64,000 nt of DNA from contig JBQCHI010000029.1 of assembly GCA_051954835.1 (NCBI GenBank), positions 11,621-75,620 on the forward strand, given 5' to 3'. The DNA is from Protaetiibacter sp. Lineage in GTDB: Bacteria > Actinomycetota > Actinomycetes > Actinomycetales > Microbacteriaceae. Shown piece after piece: positions 12,058 through 21,493 of the stretch; positions within the stretch are counted from its first letter, which is position 1, and every line of letters begins with the position of its first letter. Under the pieces are notes generated by a model. The model made no database searches. It worked only from the letters and a program-made list of their open reading frames with translations, and was not told the DNA's origin. Both the position numbers and the translations under genes were made by a program.

Positions 12058-13119
12058 TCAGTCCTCGATGACGCGCGGGATGCGTCGCGAGGCGCGCGCG
12101 AGGATCTCGTCGCCGATCGTTCCCGCCCAGGCAGCCCACTGCTCGACCGTCGGCTCGCCCGCGTCCCCCGGGCCGTAGACGATCGCGGCGTCGCCGCGAA
12201 GCGTGCTGCTCGCGGACTCGACCATGATGGTGTCGATGTCGACGGCGAGGACGCGCGCGCGGCGACCGCCGAGCAGCACCTCTGCACCCGATCCCGACGG
12301 CCCGAGCACCGAGGGCGGGATGCCGTCCGCTGCTCCCACGTCGAGCACGGCGCCACGCCCGCCCACCGCGAGCACCTCGGCGCGCAGGGTCATCGTGCCG
12401 CGCAGCCCGAGTCCCGGCCCGTCGACATCGTCGAACGGCGAGACGCCGTAGGCCGCGATGCCGAAGCGCACGAGGTCGTACCGCGCCTCGGGTTCACGGA
12501 TGCCGGCGGAGCTCGCCGCGAGGTGCAGCAGCGGCCGGTCAGGACCGGCCAGCGGCACGCCGAGCTCGCCCGCGACCGCCACCGCGCGCTCGAACTCCGC
12601 GCGAGCGGCGGCGTCGGCCTCGGCGGATGCGTCAGCGAGGTGGGACCAGAGCCCCGCGATGCGCACATGACCGGCGGAGGCCGCCCCGAGGGCGTCGCGC
12701 ACGAGATCGGGCCAGTCCTCGGGAGACGCTCCGTTGCGGTGCAGCCCGGTGTCGATCTTGAGATGCACGGCGGCGCGACGAGCCTCGGCGGCCTGGACGA
12801 CACGTGCGAGCTCGTCCCGCGAGGAGACGCCGAGGTCGACGTCGTGCGCGATCGCGGCCCCGAAGTCGGTGTCGGCACCGTGCAGCCAGGCGAACAGCGG
12901 CACGTCGACTCCGGCCTCCCGCAGCGCGAGCGCGGCGGGTACCTCGAGCACGGCGAGCGAGTCGGCACCCGATTCGAGCGCTGCGCGGGCCACGGGCAGC
13001 ATGCCGTGGCCGTAGGCGTCGGCCTTCACGGCGAGCATGGTGCGGGCGGGCGCCGCGATCGCGGCGAGCGCGGCGACGTTGTGCCGGAAGGCGGAGAGGT
13101 GCAGACGCAGCTCGCTCAT
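12058..13119 (-). CDS. Alanine-racemase-family protein: intact PLP barrel, degenerate C-terminal domain
   Basis: ATG 13119 (MSELRLHLSAF..). Barrel and PLP motifs are present: AVKADAYGHG (PLP Lys), HLKIDTGLHRNG, LVRFGIAAYG. The VSYG catalytic Tyr segment is missing (LRAEVLAVGGRGAVLDVGAADG) and GRICMDQ is replaced by LAVDIDTIMV. Confidence 0.85.
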   Translation of the reverse strand: MSELRLHLSAFRHNVAALAAIAAPARTMLAVKADAYGHGMLPVARAALESGADSLAVLEVPAALALREAGVDVPLFAWLHGADTDFGAAIAHDVDLGVSSRDELARVVQAAEARRAAVHLKIDTGLHRNGASPEDWPDLVRDALGAASAGHVRIAGLWSHLADASAEADAAARAEFERAVAVAGELGVPLAGPDRPLLHLAASSAGIREPEARYDLVRFGIAAYGVSPFDDVDGPGLGLRGTMTLRAEVLAVGGRGAVLDVGAADGIPPSVLGPSGSGAEVLLGGRRARVLAVDIDTIMVESASSTLRGDAAIVYGPGDAGEPTVEQWAAWAGTIGDEILARASRRIPRVIED

Positions 13120-13841
13120 CGCGCCTCCCGGCGGATGCGGTCCCCGAGCCCGGCGGTGAGGGCGAGCGCGGGACGTTCGGTCCAGGCGGCCCATTCGCGC
13201 GCGGAGGGCTCGCCGCGCTCGGGGTCTCCGAAGACGACCACCTCGGTCCCCGGGGGGACGACCTCGTCGCCCAGGTCGACGACGAACTGGTCCATGGCGA
13301 TGCGGCCGACGAGCGGATACCGTATCCCGGCGATCGCGACCTCTGCGCGGTTGGAACCCAAGCGGGGGATGCCGTCGGCGTACCCGAGGCCCACGAGCCC
13401 GAGCGTGGTCGACCGTCGGGTGCGGAAGGTGTAGCCGTAGGAGACGCCCGCGCCTTCCGGCACGCGCTTGACGGCGATGAGTTCTCCCGTGACGGTCATG
13501 ACGGGGCGGTGGACGCCGTCGAGTCCGAAGGCCAGGGCCGCGTCGGCCGCGTCCGGGGGAGTACCGAAGCCGACCTCGAGGCGCGACGCGCGGGCGACAT
13601 CCGCGTCGGCCTCGTTCGAGACGGTCAGCGTGCGGATGCCCACCTCCCGTGCGAGCGGGGCGACGAGTACGAGCCCGTGTCCGTAGGCGTCCGCGCGTGC
13701 GTCGAGTACGTCGGCACCCGTCTCACGCAGGTTCGCGGCGAGCGCGTCGAGATCGATCAGGGCATGCCGCTGCAGACCGCGCGACGATGCCGACGCCTCG
13801 TCAGCCAGCGACGGACTCCGCGAGCCGCGCCGTCTCGTCAT
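13116..13841 (-). CDS. Truncated alanine-racemase-family protein: Lys-to-Arg, most of the barrel deleted, intact C-terminal domain
   Basis: 241 aa. The Lys motif reads DARADAYGHG and about 125 barrel residues are absent. The C-terminal domain is intact: RVPEGAGVSYGYTF, GLGYADGIPR, VGRIAMDQ. ATGA overlap with the downstream paralog. The start is the only ATG available and overlaps the upstream gene by 41 nt. Confidence 0.72.
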   Translation of the reverse strand: MTRRRGSRSPSLADEASASSRGLQRHALIDLDALAANLRETGADVLDARADAYGHGLVLVAPLAREVGIRTLTVSNEADADVARASRLEVGFGTPPDAADAALAFGLDGVHRPVMTVTGELIAVKRVPEGAGVSYGYTFRTRRSTTLGLVGLGYADGIPRLGSNRAEVAIAGIRYPLVGRIAMDQFVVDLGDEVVPPGTEVVVFGDPERGEPSAREWAAWTERPALALTAGLGDRIRREAR

Positions 13842-14028
13842 GCCACTCGAGGGCGGTCTCGATGAGCTTCGACTTGTAGGCGGTGCCGTGGTGAGCGCAG
13901 AACAGCAGTTCGCCGGAGGCCAGGGTCACGCGTACGTATGCCTGGGCGCCGCACAGGTCGCAGCGGTCGAGAGCCGTGAGGGCGGGGCGCTCCAGCTCGA
14001 CGGTGTCGTCGGTCGTGATGTGAGACAT
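13801..14028 (-). CDS. Small conserved Cys/His (zinc-ribbon-like) protein
   Basis: ATG 14028 follows GGAAGGAG. MSHITTDDTVELERPALTALDRCDLCGAQAYVRVTLASGELLFCAHHG.. has a CxxC...CxHH pattern. The upstream part of the 93-aa track ORF was dropped. Confidence 0.7.
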   Translation of the reverse strand: MSHITTDDTVELERPALTALDRCDLCGAQAYVRVTLASGELLFCAHHGTAYKSKLIETALEWHDETARLAESVAG

Positions 14029-14201
14029 GTCCTGCTCCTTCCCTCGGGTCGCGGTGTGGTGCGATGACACCCATGTAAGCATGCGCAGCCTGAGCTTTCC
14101 GGATGCGGCGGGGCATTTCGCTGTCCGCGTAGCGAATCCGCCCTCGATGCGCTCCCGTGTGCCGTCGAAGCAGCGTGGGCGGCCGCGGTTAGGCTCATGA
14201 A

Positions 14202-16274
14202 GTGACCGACTACTCCGCGCGCCATCTCTCTGTTCTCGAGGGTCTCGAGGCGGTTCGCAAGCGGCCCGGGATGTACATCGGGTCCACCGATTCGCGGGGC
14301 CTCATGCACTGCCTGTGGGAGATCATCGACAACTCCGTCGACGAGGCTCTCGGCGGCTACGGCGACCGGATCGAGGTCATCCTGCACCCCGACGAGTCGG
14401 TCGAGGTGCGCGACCATGCGCGCGGCATCCCGGTCGACATCGAGCCCAAGACGGGCCTCTCGGGCGTCGAGGTGGTCTTCACCAAGCTGCACGCGGGTGG
14501 CAAGTTCGGCAGCGGCTCCTACACCTCGTCCGGCGGCCTGCACGGTGTCGGCGCCTCGGTCGTCAACGCCCTCTCGGAGCGGCTCGACGTCGAGGTGGAT
14601 CGCGATGGCAAGACATGGGCGATGTCGTTCCACCGCGGCGAGCCGGGTGTGTTCGCGGATGCGGGCGCACCGAGCCCCGACGCCCCCTTCACTCCGTTCG
14701 TGTCCGGCAGCGAGCTGCGCGTCGTCGGGAAGGTCGCCAAGGGCGTCACCGGCACGCGGATCCGCTACTGGGCGGATCGTCAGATCTTCACGAAGGGCGC
14801 CGGGTTCCAGACCGAGGACCTCATCGGGCGCGCGCGGCAGACGGCGTTCCTCGTGCCGGGACTCGGCATCGAGATCCGTGACGATCGCGGCGAGGAGCCC
14901 ACGACCGCTGTCTTCCGTTTCGAGGGCGGCATCAGCGAGTTCGTCGAGCATCTCGCGCCCGACTCTGCGATCTCCGACGTGTGGCGCATCCAGGGAACCG
15001 GCGCGTATACCGAGACGGTTCCGGTGCTCCAGGAGAACGGGCACATGGTGCCGACCGAGCTGCAGCGCGAGTGCGAGGTCGATCTCGCACTGCGCTGGGG
15101 CACCGGCTACGACACCGTGTTCAAGAGCTTCGTCAACATCATCGCCACCCCGAAGGGGGGAACGCACCAGTCCGGTTTCGAGCAGGGGCTGCTGAAATTC
15201 CTTCGGGCGGAGGTGGAGAAGAACGCCCGTCGGCTCAAGGCGGGCTCGGACAAGCTCGAGAAGGACGACGTCTTCGCGGGGCTGACGGCGGTGCTGACCG
15301 TACGTCTGCCCGAGCCGCAGTTCGAGGGGCAGACCAAGGAGGTGCTCGGCACCCCGGCCGTGCGGGCCATCGTCTCGAACGCCGTCGTGAAGGGCATGCA
15401 GGCGCGTTACGCGAGCACGAAGCGCGACGACAAGGCGCAGGCGGCGCTCGTGCTCGACAAGGTCGTCGCCGAGATGAAGTCGCGCATCTCGGCCCGCGCG
15501 CACAAGGAGACCCAGCGGCGCAAGAATGCGCTCGAGAGCTCGTCCCTCCCGGCCAAGCTCGTCGACTGCCGCTCGAACGACATCGCCGACACTGAGCTCT
15601 TCATCGTCGAGGGCGACTCCGCCCTCGGCACGGCGAAGCTCGCGCGCGACTCCGAGCACCAGGCGCTGCTGCCCATCCGCGGCAAGATCCTCAACGTGCA
15701 GAAGGCCTCGGTGGCCGACATGCTCGGCAACGCGGAGTGCGCGTCGATCATCCAGGTGATCGGGGCGGGCTCCGGCCGCAGTTTCGATCTCGAGGCGGCG
15801 CGCTACGGCAAGGTCATCATCATGAGCGATGCCGACGTCGACGGAGCTCACATCCGCACCCTGTTGCTCACCCTGTTCTTCCGCTACATGCGGCCGATGA
15901 TCGAAGACGGCCGCGTCTTCGCCGCCGTGCCGCCGCTGCACCGCGTCGTCGCGATGAACGCGGGCTCGAAGCCCAACGACGTGATCTACACCTACTCGGA
16001 GCAGGAGCTGCAGGGTGTCCTCGCGACGCTCAAGAAGCAGGGCAGGCGGTACCAGGATCCGATCCAGCGTTACAAGGGTCTCGGCGAGATGGATGCCGAT
16101 CAGCTCGCCGAGACCACGATGAGTCGTGCGCATCGCACCTTGCGTCGCGTGCGTGTCGAGGACGCCGACGCCGCCAATCGCGTGTTCGAGCTGCTCATGG
16201 GCAACGAGGTCGCACCCCGCAAGGACTTCATCATCGCCGGCCAGGGACTCGACCGCTCGCGCGTGGACGTCTGA
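14202..16274 (+). CDS. parE: Type IIA topoisomerase subunit B (topoisomerase IV ParE-type)
   Basis: LEAVRKRPGMYIGST, EIIDNSVDEA, GGLHGVGASVVNALS, TOPRIM EGDSA and PIRGKILNV. Called ParE rather than GyrB because it pairs with a ParC-like gene away from a dnaA-gyrBA context. Confidence 0.88.
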   Translation: MTDYSARHLSVLEGLEAVRKRPGMYIGSTDSRGLMHCLWEIIDNSVDEALGGYGDRIEVILHPDESVEVRDHARGIPVDIEPKTGLSGVEVVFTKLHAGGKFGSGSYTSSGGLHGVGASVVNALSERLDVEVDRDGKTWAMSFHRGEPGVFADAGAPSPDAPFTPFVSGSELRVVGKVAKGVTGTRIRYWADRQIFTKGAGFQTEDLIGRARQTAFLVPGLGIEIRDDRGEEPTTAVFRFEGGISEFVEHLAPDSAISDVWRIQGTGAYTETVPVLQENGHMVPTELQRECEVDLALRWGTGYDTVFKSFVNIIATPKGGTHQSGFEQGLLKFLRAEVEKNARRLKAGSDKLEKDDVFAGLTAVLTVRLPEPQFEGQTKEVLGTPAVRAIVSNAVVKGMQARYASTKRDDKAQAALVLDKVVAEMKSRISARAHKETQRRKNALESSSLPAKLVDCRSNDIADTELFIVEGDSALGTAKLARDSEHQALLPIRGKILNVQKASVADMLGNAECASIIQVIGAGSGRSFDLEAARYGKVIIMSDADVDGAHIRTLLLTLFFRYMRPMIEDGRVFAAVPPLHRVVAMNAGSKPNDVIYTYSEQELQGVLATLKKQGRRYQDPIQRYKGLGEMDADQLAETTMSRAHRTLRRVRVEDADAANRVFELLMGNEVAPRKDFIIAGQGLDRSRVDV

Positions 16275-16289
16275 CGGCTCGCGCGGTGC

Positions 16290-18776
16290 TCAGCCCGCTG
16301 CGGTGAGCGCGCGGCCCACGGAGCCGACCACCGCCTCGAGCGGGGTACCCGATGCGTCGCGCTTGGCGCCGGGCTCGGGCAGCGTGCGCGCCGCGCCGTC
16401 GCTCGACACGGCGAGTGCGGGGGCGGCACCGACCCACGCGAGGGCGAGGGAGTCCTCGCCCTTCAAGAATGCGTGCGAGCGAACGCCTCCCGTCGCACGG
16501 CCCTTACCCGGGAACTCGTGGAAGTACGACACCTTGGCGCGACCGGGGTCTGTGCCTGGGAGCGTGCCCGTGGGCGTGGAGATCGTGACGACCACCGCAT
16601 CCGCGGGATCCACCGCACCGAAGAAGATGACATCGGCCTTGGCCGAGAGGTTGATGCCGGCCATGCCTCCGGCCGCAGCGCCCTGGGGTCGCACGGCGGA
16701 TGAGGCGAAGTGCAGCAACTGCGCGTCGGAGGTGACGAAGACGAACTCGAGCGAGTCCGGACCCTGGAACGCGCCCACGACCTCGTCGCCGGGCTTGAGG
16801 GCGATCACCTCGAAGTCCGGGCGGTTCGGGTAGCCGCCCGGGGCGACGCGCTTGACGACACCCTGGCGGGTGCCGAGCGCGATCGGCTCGTGCGAGGCGA
16901 GGGAGACGAGCCCGAGCACGCGCTCCTTCTTGTCGGCGATCCCCAGGTAGTCGGCGATGCGGGCGCCGGCCGCCAGCTGCACCGAGTTCGCCGGAACCGA
17001 GGGCAGGTCGACCGGGGTGAAGCGGATGAGTCGGCCGCGTGAGGTGATCGCGCCGAGCTCGCCACGGGTCGTGCCGCGTACGGTCGACAGGATGGCGTCG
17101 TGTTTCGAGCGCCGGGTGGCGGGAAGGGGACCGTCGACGCCGTCGGGCAGGTCGATGCGCACGGCGCGCCCCGTGGTGGAGAGCACGACGAGGGTGGGCG
17201 CATCCGGGATCTCGAGCGAGACGCCCGACGCGGCCTTCCGCGAGGAGGCCGTCGCGGCGACGTTGGCCCCCGCCTCGGTCAGCAGGGTGCGCCGCGGCGT
17301 GCCGAAGCGCTCCGCGACCTCGTCGAGCTCCTCGCCGACGCGCGAGCGGATGCGCGCAGGTTCGGCGAGCAGCGCCTCCAGCTCCGCGATCTCTGCCCGC
17401 AGCTTGTCGCGTTCGGTCTCCAGCTCGACACGGCTGAACCTGGTGAGCCGCCGGAGCTGGAGCTCGAGGATGTACTCGGCCTGCAGCTGCGAGAGGTCGA
17501 AGACCTCCATGAGGCGGGTGCGAGCCTGGGCGGTGTCGTCGCTGCCGCGGATGACCTGGATGACCTCGTCGATGTCGAGGATCGCGATGAGCAGGCCCTC
17601 GACGAGATGCAGCCGCTCCTGCCGTCGCGCGAGACGGTACTGGGAGCGACGCGTGACCACCTGGATGCGGTGGTCGAGGTAGACGCGCAGCAGCTCGCGC
17701 AAGCCGAGGGTCTGCGGGCGGCCCTCGACGAGCGCGACGTTGTTGATAGAGAAGCCATCCTCGAGCGGCGTGAGGCGGTACAACTGCTCGAGCACGGCCT
17801 CGGGGGAGAAGCCGGTTTTGATGCCGATGACGAGGCGCAGCCCGTTCTTGCGGTCCGTCAGGTCGGTGACGTCGGAGATGCCCGTGATCTTCTTGGCGCC
17901 GACGCCGTCCTTGATCTTCTCTATGACCTTCTCGGGGCCCACGAGGTACGGCAGCTCGGTGACCACGAGGCCGGTGCGCCGTGCCGAGAGCTGCTCGATC
18001 GACACCTTCGCGCGGGTCTTGAACGATCCGCGCCCGGTGGCGTAGGCATCGCGGATGCCATCGAGGCCCACGATCGTGCCACCGGTCGGGAGGTCCGGCC
18101 CCGGCACGTAGGCCATGAGCTCGTCGAGCGTGGCGTCGGGGTTCTCGAGCAGGTGACGTGCCGCCCCGACGACCTCGATGAGGTTGTGCGGAGCCATGTT
18201 GGTGGCCATGCCGACTGCGATGCCGCTCGCCCCGTTGACGAGCAGGTTCGGGTAGGCGGCGGGGAGCACCGAGGGCTGCGTGAGCTGATTGTCGTAGTTC
18301 GGGACGAAGTCGACGACATCCTCGTCGAGGGATTCGACGAGCGCCAGCGCGGCGGCCTGCATGCGCGCTTCGGTGTAGCGCGGCGCCGCGGGGCCGTCGT
18401 CGAGGGAGCCGAAGTTCCCGTGCCCGTCCACGAGGGGCACGCGCATCGTGAAGTCCTGCGCCATGCGCACGAGTGCGTCGTAGATGGCGGTGTCGCCGTG
18501 GGGGTGCAGGCGGCCCATGACGTCGCCCACGACACGAGCCGACTTGACGTGTCCGCGATCCGGTCGAAGACCCATCTCGCTCATCTGGTACAGGATGCGG
18601 CGCTGCACGGGCTTGAGGCCGTCGCGCGCGTCGGGGAGGGCACGCGAATAGATGACCGAGTAGGCGTACTCGAGGAACGATCCCTGCATCTCGGTCGCGA
18701 CGTCGATGTCTTCGATGCGTTCGCCGACAGGGGTCACGAGGGCACGGGATTCGGGAGGGGAGGCGGGCGGAGTCAT
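16290..18776 (-). CDS. parC: Type IIA topoisomerase subunit A (topoisomerase IV ParC-type)
   Basis: [31 protein letters not shown], and catalytic Tyr in [10 protein letters not shown]. 828 aa. Confidence 0.88.
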   Translation of the reverse strand: MTPPASPPESRALVTPVGERIEDIDVATEMQGSFLEYAYSVIYSRALPDARDGLKPVQRRILYQMSEMGLRPDRGHVKSARVVGDVMGRLHPHGDTAIYDALVRMAQDFTMRVPLVDGHGNFGSLDDGPAAPRYTEARMQAAALALVESLDEDVVDFVPNYDNQLTQPSVLPAAYPNLLVNGASGIAVGMATNMAPHNLIEVVGAARHLLENPDATLDELMAYVPGPDLPTGGTIVGLDGIRDAYATGRGSFKTRAKVSIEQLSARRTGLVVTELPYLVGPEKVIEKIKDGVGAKKITGISDVTDLTDRKNGLRLVIGIKTGFSPEAVLEQLYRLTPLEDGFSINNVALVEGRPQTLGLRELLRVYLDHRIQVVTRRSQYRLARRQERLHLVEGLLIAILDIDEVIQVIRGSDDTAQARTRLMEVFDLSQLQAEYILELQLRRLTRFSRVELETERDKLRAEIAELEALLAEPARIRSRVGEELDEVAERFGTPRRTLLTEAGANVAATASSRKAASGVSLEIPDAPTLVVLSTTGRAVRIDLPDGVDGPLPATRRSKHDAILSTVRGTTRGELGAITSRGRLIRFTPVDLPSVPANSVQLAAGARIADYLGIADKKERVLGLVSLASHEPIALGTRQGVVKRVAPGGYPNRPDFEVIALKPGDEVVGAFQGPDSLEFVFVTSDAQLLHFASSAVRPQGAAAGGMAGINLSAKADVIFFGAVDPADAVVVTISTPTGTLPGTDPGRAKVSYFHEFPGKGRATGGVRSHAFLKGEDSLALAWVGAAPALAVSSDGAARTLPEPGAKRDASGTPLEAVVGSVGRALTAAG

Positions 18777-18788
18777 AGGATCGTCGCC

Positions 18789-19901
18789 ATGCTACCGGCG
18801 GCGAAAACGCACAAGCGGAGCCTCGCGGAGATCGTGCCGAATTGCCTCGAGGCGATCGCGGGCCGGCCTGGCCGGATGGGGCTTCCGCGCGTCGAGAAGG
18901 CCGTCGTGCTGCTCGTCGACGGGCTGGGGCACGATGCCCTCACGGCTCACGCCGGACACGCCCGCTCGCTCGCGCGCCGGCTGCCCCATGATCCGGCGAT
19001 CGGCGCAGGGTTCCCGACGACCACGGTCGCCGCGCTCGCAACGCTCACGACAGGCGAGCCCGCGGGCCGCCACGGACTCGTCGGCTATCGGGTCTTCGAC
19101 CCCGCGCGTGATCGCGTCGTGAACCAGCTGAGCGGCTGGGACGGGCTGGATCCCGCGAGCTGGCAGCGCTCGCCCACGCTCTTCGAGCGTGCGGTGGTCG
19201 ACGGCGTGCGCTCGATCGCGATCGCGCATCCGCGCTACGCCGACTCGGAGTTCACCCGCGCGGTGCTGCGCGGGGCCGAGTTCGTCGGCGCCGCGGATTC
19301 CGCCGCCCGGACCAGCGCGCTGACGCGCGCTCTCGCTGATCCGGGTCGTGCGCTCATCTACTACTACGTTCCGGATCTCGATATGGCGGGTCATGCGAAG
19401 GGCATGGCATCACGGGAGTGGGTCGAAGCGCTTGAAGCGCTCGACGCCGAAGTCGCCGACGCCCTCGGCGTTCTCGGTGCCCGGCACGGTCTCGTGGTCA
19501 CGGCCGACCACGGCATGGTCGACGTGCCCGAGCACGCGCATCGCATCCCGCCCCCCGAGCTCTTCGAGGGCGTCCGGCACATCGCGGGGGAGCCGCGCTG
19601 CCTGCAGCTCCACCTCGAGGCAGGGCTCGATCCCGCGGAGCTGGCGGATCGCTGGCGGGCATCCGAGGGTGCACGCGCGTGGATCGCGACGCGCGAGGAG
19701 GCGGTGGCCGCCGGCTGGTTCGGGGTGGTCGACCCGGAGGTGCTTCCACGGATCGGCGAGGTGCTCGTGGCGGCGCGTGCCGACGCCGCCTATTACGCAG
19801 ATGCTCAGGATCGCGGACGCGGCATGGTCGGCCAGCATGGCTCGCTCACCCGCGCCGAGACCGCGGTGCCGCTGCTGCGCTTCGGTGCGTTCGCGGACTG
19901 A
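18789..19901 (+). CDS. Alkaline-phosphatase-superfamily protein (nucleotide pyrophosphatase/phosphodiesterase-like)
   Basis: ATG 18789 lies inside the 933-aa track [31 protein letters not shown] and VVTADHGM are typical metal and nucleophile blocks of this superfamily. Confidence 0.75.
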   Translation: MLPAAKTHKRSLAEIVPNCLEAIAGRPGRMGLPRVEKAVVLLVDGLGHDALTAHAGHARSLARRLPHDPAIGAGFPTTTVAALATLTTGEPAGRHGLVGYRVFDPARDRVVNQLSGWDGLDPASWQRSPTLFERAVVDGVRSIAIAHPRYADSEFTRAVLRGAEFVGAADSAARTSALTRALADPGRALIYYYVPDLDMAGHAKGMASREWVEALEALDAEVADALGVLGARHGLVVTADHGMVDVPEHAHRIPPPELFEGVRHIAGEPRCLQLHLEAGLDPAELADRWRASEGARAWIATREEAVAAGWFGVVDPEVLPRIGEVLVAARADAAYYADAQDRGRGMVGQHGSLTRAETAVPLLRFGAFAD

Positions 19902-19911
19902 GGCGGGCGGA

Positions 19912-20949
19912 CTACTCGTCGTCGCTTCGGGCGCCGAAGACGATCTCGTCCCAGCTGGGCATCGAAGCGCGGCCCCGCCGCTTGCCGAGCGGACCGGTCG
20001 CGCCCGACGATCCGGATGCCTTTGCCGTCGGCGCTGAGGTGAAGTTCGCCGGAACCGGCTCCTCCGGCACACCGTCGAGGGGCACGTCGACGAGCTTCAC
20101 GACGCCCGTGGAGGGGTGCGAGGCGAGGCCGGGGTCGACGTCGTCGAGGTCGAGCGGCTCACGCTCGCCGCGCCGCCTGCGGAGCGCCTCCAGCAGGTCG
20201 GCGGTGTGGTGCGTGCCGCTGGGCTCCTCTGCGGCCTGGGTACGTCCGCCGAACTCGAGCTGGGTGAACTCGACAGCGGTGACGGTGCTGCCGTCCCCAT
20301 CGGGCTCGGCGGCGAAGGCTCCAGAATCGAACCGCGCGTCGTCGCGCTCGTCGAGCGGCACGGCGCGCAGTCGAGGAATGAGGCTCGGCGGCAGCTCACC
20401 CTGCTGGGAGAGCTGGACGGCCTCCTGGTTGAGCGGTTGCAGCGACTGCTTCTTGGGCTCGAACCCCCATCGGGCGTCGCGTGCGATGTCGGCCGCGCTG
20501 AAGGTGAGCTTGACGATCCATCCACCACCCTGCTCTTTCCAGCTGGCCCACCGCTCGCCAGTGGCGCCCGCGTCGGCGAGGCGCTCCCGGATCACCGAGC
20601 CGAAGGTCGCGCCCGAGGCCAGGGGGTCGGTCTCCACGGCCATGTGCACAGGCACATTGAGCGCCGATTCGACGACGTACTCGCGCTCGGCCAGCACGGG
20701 GCCCTCGAACCGCTTGATGTACTCGAGGGAGGCGCCCGTGACGCGCGCGACGTCCTCGGCGGTCATGCCCGCCCGGATCTGGGCCTGGATCTCTCGCGGA
20801 GCCAGCCGCCGCAGCGGACCCGGTTCGGGCATCGAGGCGCGCAACCGCGACTGAACGGTCTCGTCGACCTCGACGCGGTACTGCGCACCGTCATCCGAGG
20901 CGAGCAGGAGCGAGCCGTTCTCGACTCCGATGACCTTGAGCTCTTGCAT
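19912..20949 (-). CDS. sepH: Septation protein SepH-like (DUF3071)
   Basis: ATG 20949 gives MQELKVIGVENGSLLLASDDGAQYRVEVDETVQSRLR, then an HTH-like REIQAQIRAGMTAEDVARVTGASLEYIKRFEGPV and a disordered C-terminus. Family recalled from Streptomyces/Mycobacterium SepH. Confidence 0.72.
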   Translation of the reverse strand: MQELKVIGVENGSLLLASDDGAQYRVEVDETVQSRLRASMPEPGPLRRLAPREIQAQIRAGMTAEDVARVTGASLEYIKRFEGPVLAEREYVVESALNVPVHMAVETDPLASGATFGSVIRERLADAGATGERWASWKEQGGGWIVKLTFSAADIARDARWGFEPKKQSLQPLNQEAVQLSQQGELPPSLIPRLRAVPLDERDDARFDSGAFAAEPDGDGSTVTAVEFTQLEFGGRTQAAEEPSGTHHTADLLEALRRRRGEREPLDLDDVDPGLASHPSTGVVKLVDVPLDGVPEEPVPANFTSAPTAKASGSSGATGPLGKRRGRASMPSWDEIVFGARSDDE

Positions 20950-21148
20950 GCCGAACGACCTCCAGCCGTCATGATTCGTGGCCAGGATGCCATGGGACGG
21001 GCCCGGAATCGGGGAATAACCCGGGCGCGCCGCGAGTTGCACTGGCAGCGACGATGGGGCTGCCTGGGAGGCGCCTGGGAGGGTTTGCACTCCCGACCTC
21101 AATGATGCAGACTGACGCCGCTTCACACGCACACAGCGATGGAAATGG

Positions 21149-21445
21149 ATGGGAATGGCTACCGATTACGACGCCCCTCGGAAGACCGACGACGACACCG
21201 AGTCGATCCAGGCCCTCCAGGAGCGTGTGCCCGACAAGCTGTCGGGCGTGGTCGACGTCGATGACGCCGACAACCCGGGCTTCGAGCTCGCAGGCCAGGA
21301 CCTCTCCGACCTCGACCTGGATGTCGTCGTGCTTCCTCCGCAGGAGGACGAGTTCACGTGCGTGAGCTGCTTCCTCGTGAAGCACCAGTCGCAGTTCGAT
21401 CACAAGACCGATCTGGGACCGATCTGCATCGAGTGCGCCGCCTGA
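21149..21445 (+). CDS. DUF4193-family protein
   Basis: ATDYDAPRKTDDDTESIQALQ..EFTCVSCFLVKHQSQF..ICIECAA, an acidic N-terminus plus CxxC..CxxC. Alternative start ATG 21155. Confidence 0.8.
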   Translation: MGMATDYDAPRKTDDDTESIQALQERVPDKLSGVVDVDDADNPGFELAGQDLSDLDLDVVVLPPQEDEFTCVSCFLVKHQSQFDHKTDLGPICIECAA

Positions 21446-21493
21446 GGGTCCTTCCCCGCTGATCGAGCAGCCCGTATAGCGGGCGCGTCGACG

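Noticed and set aside
13926-16133. 735-aa minus-strand ORF, and similar ORFs such as 8182-9660, 44604-46013 and 60708-62666
   Set aside because: All are antisense to well-supported genes (parE, MFS, amt, ruvAB). They have shadow-frame composition and poor third-position GC compared with the opposite frame.
17100-18788. N-terminal 563 codons of the 933-aa plus-strand ORF
   Set aside because: They are antisense to parC. Homology to the alkaline-phosphatase superfamily begins only after the ATG at 18789.
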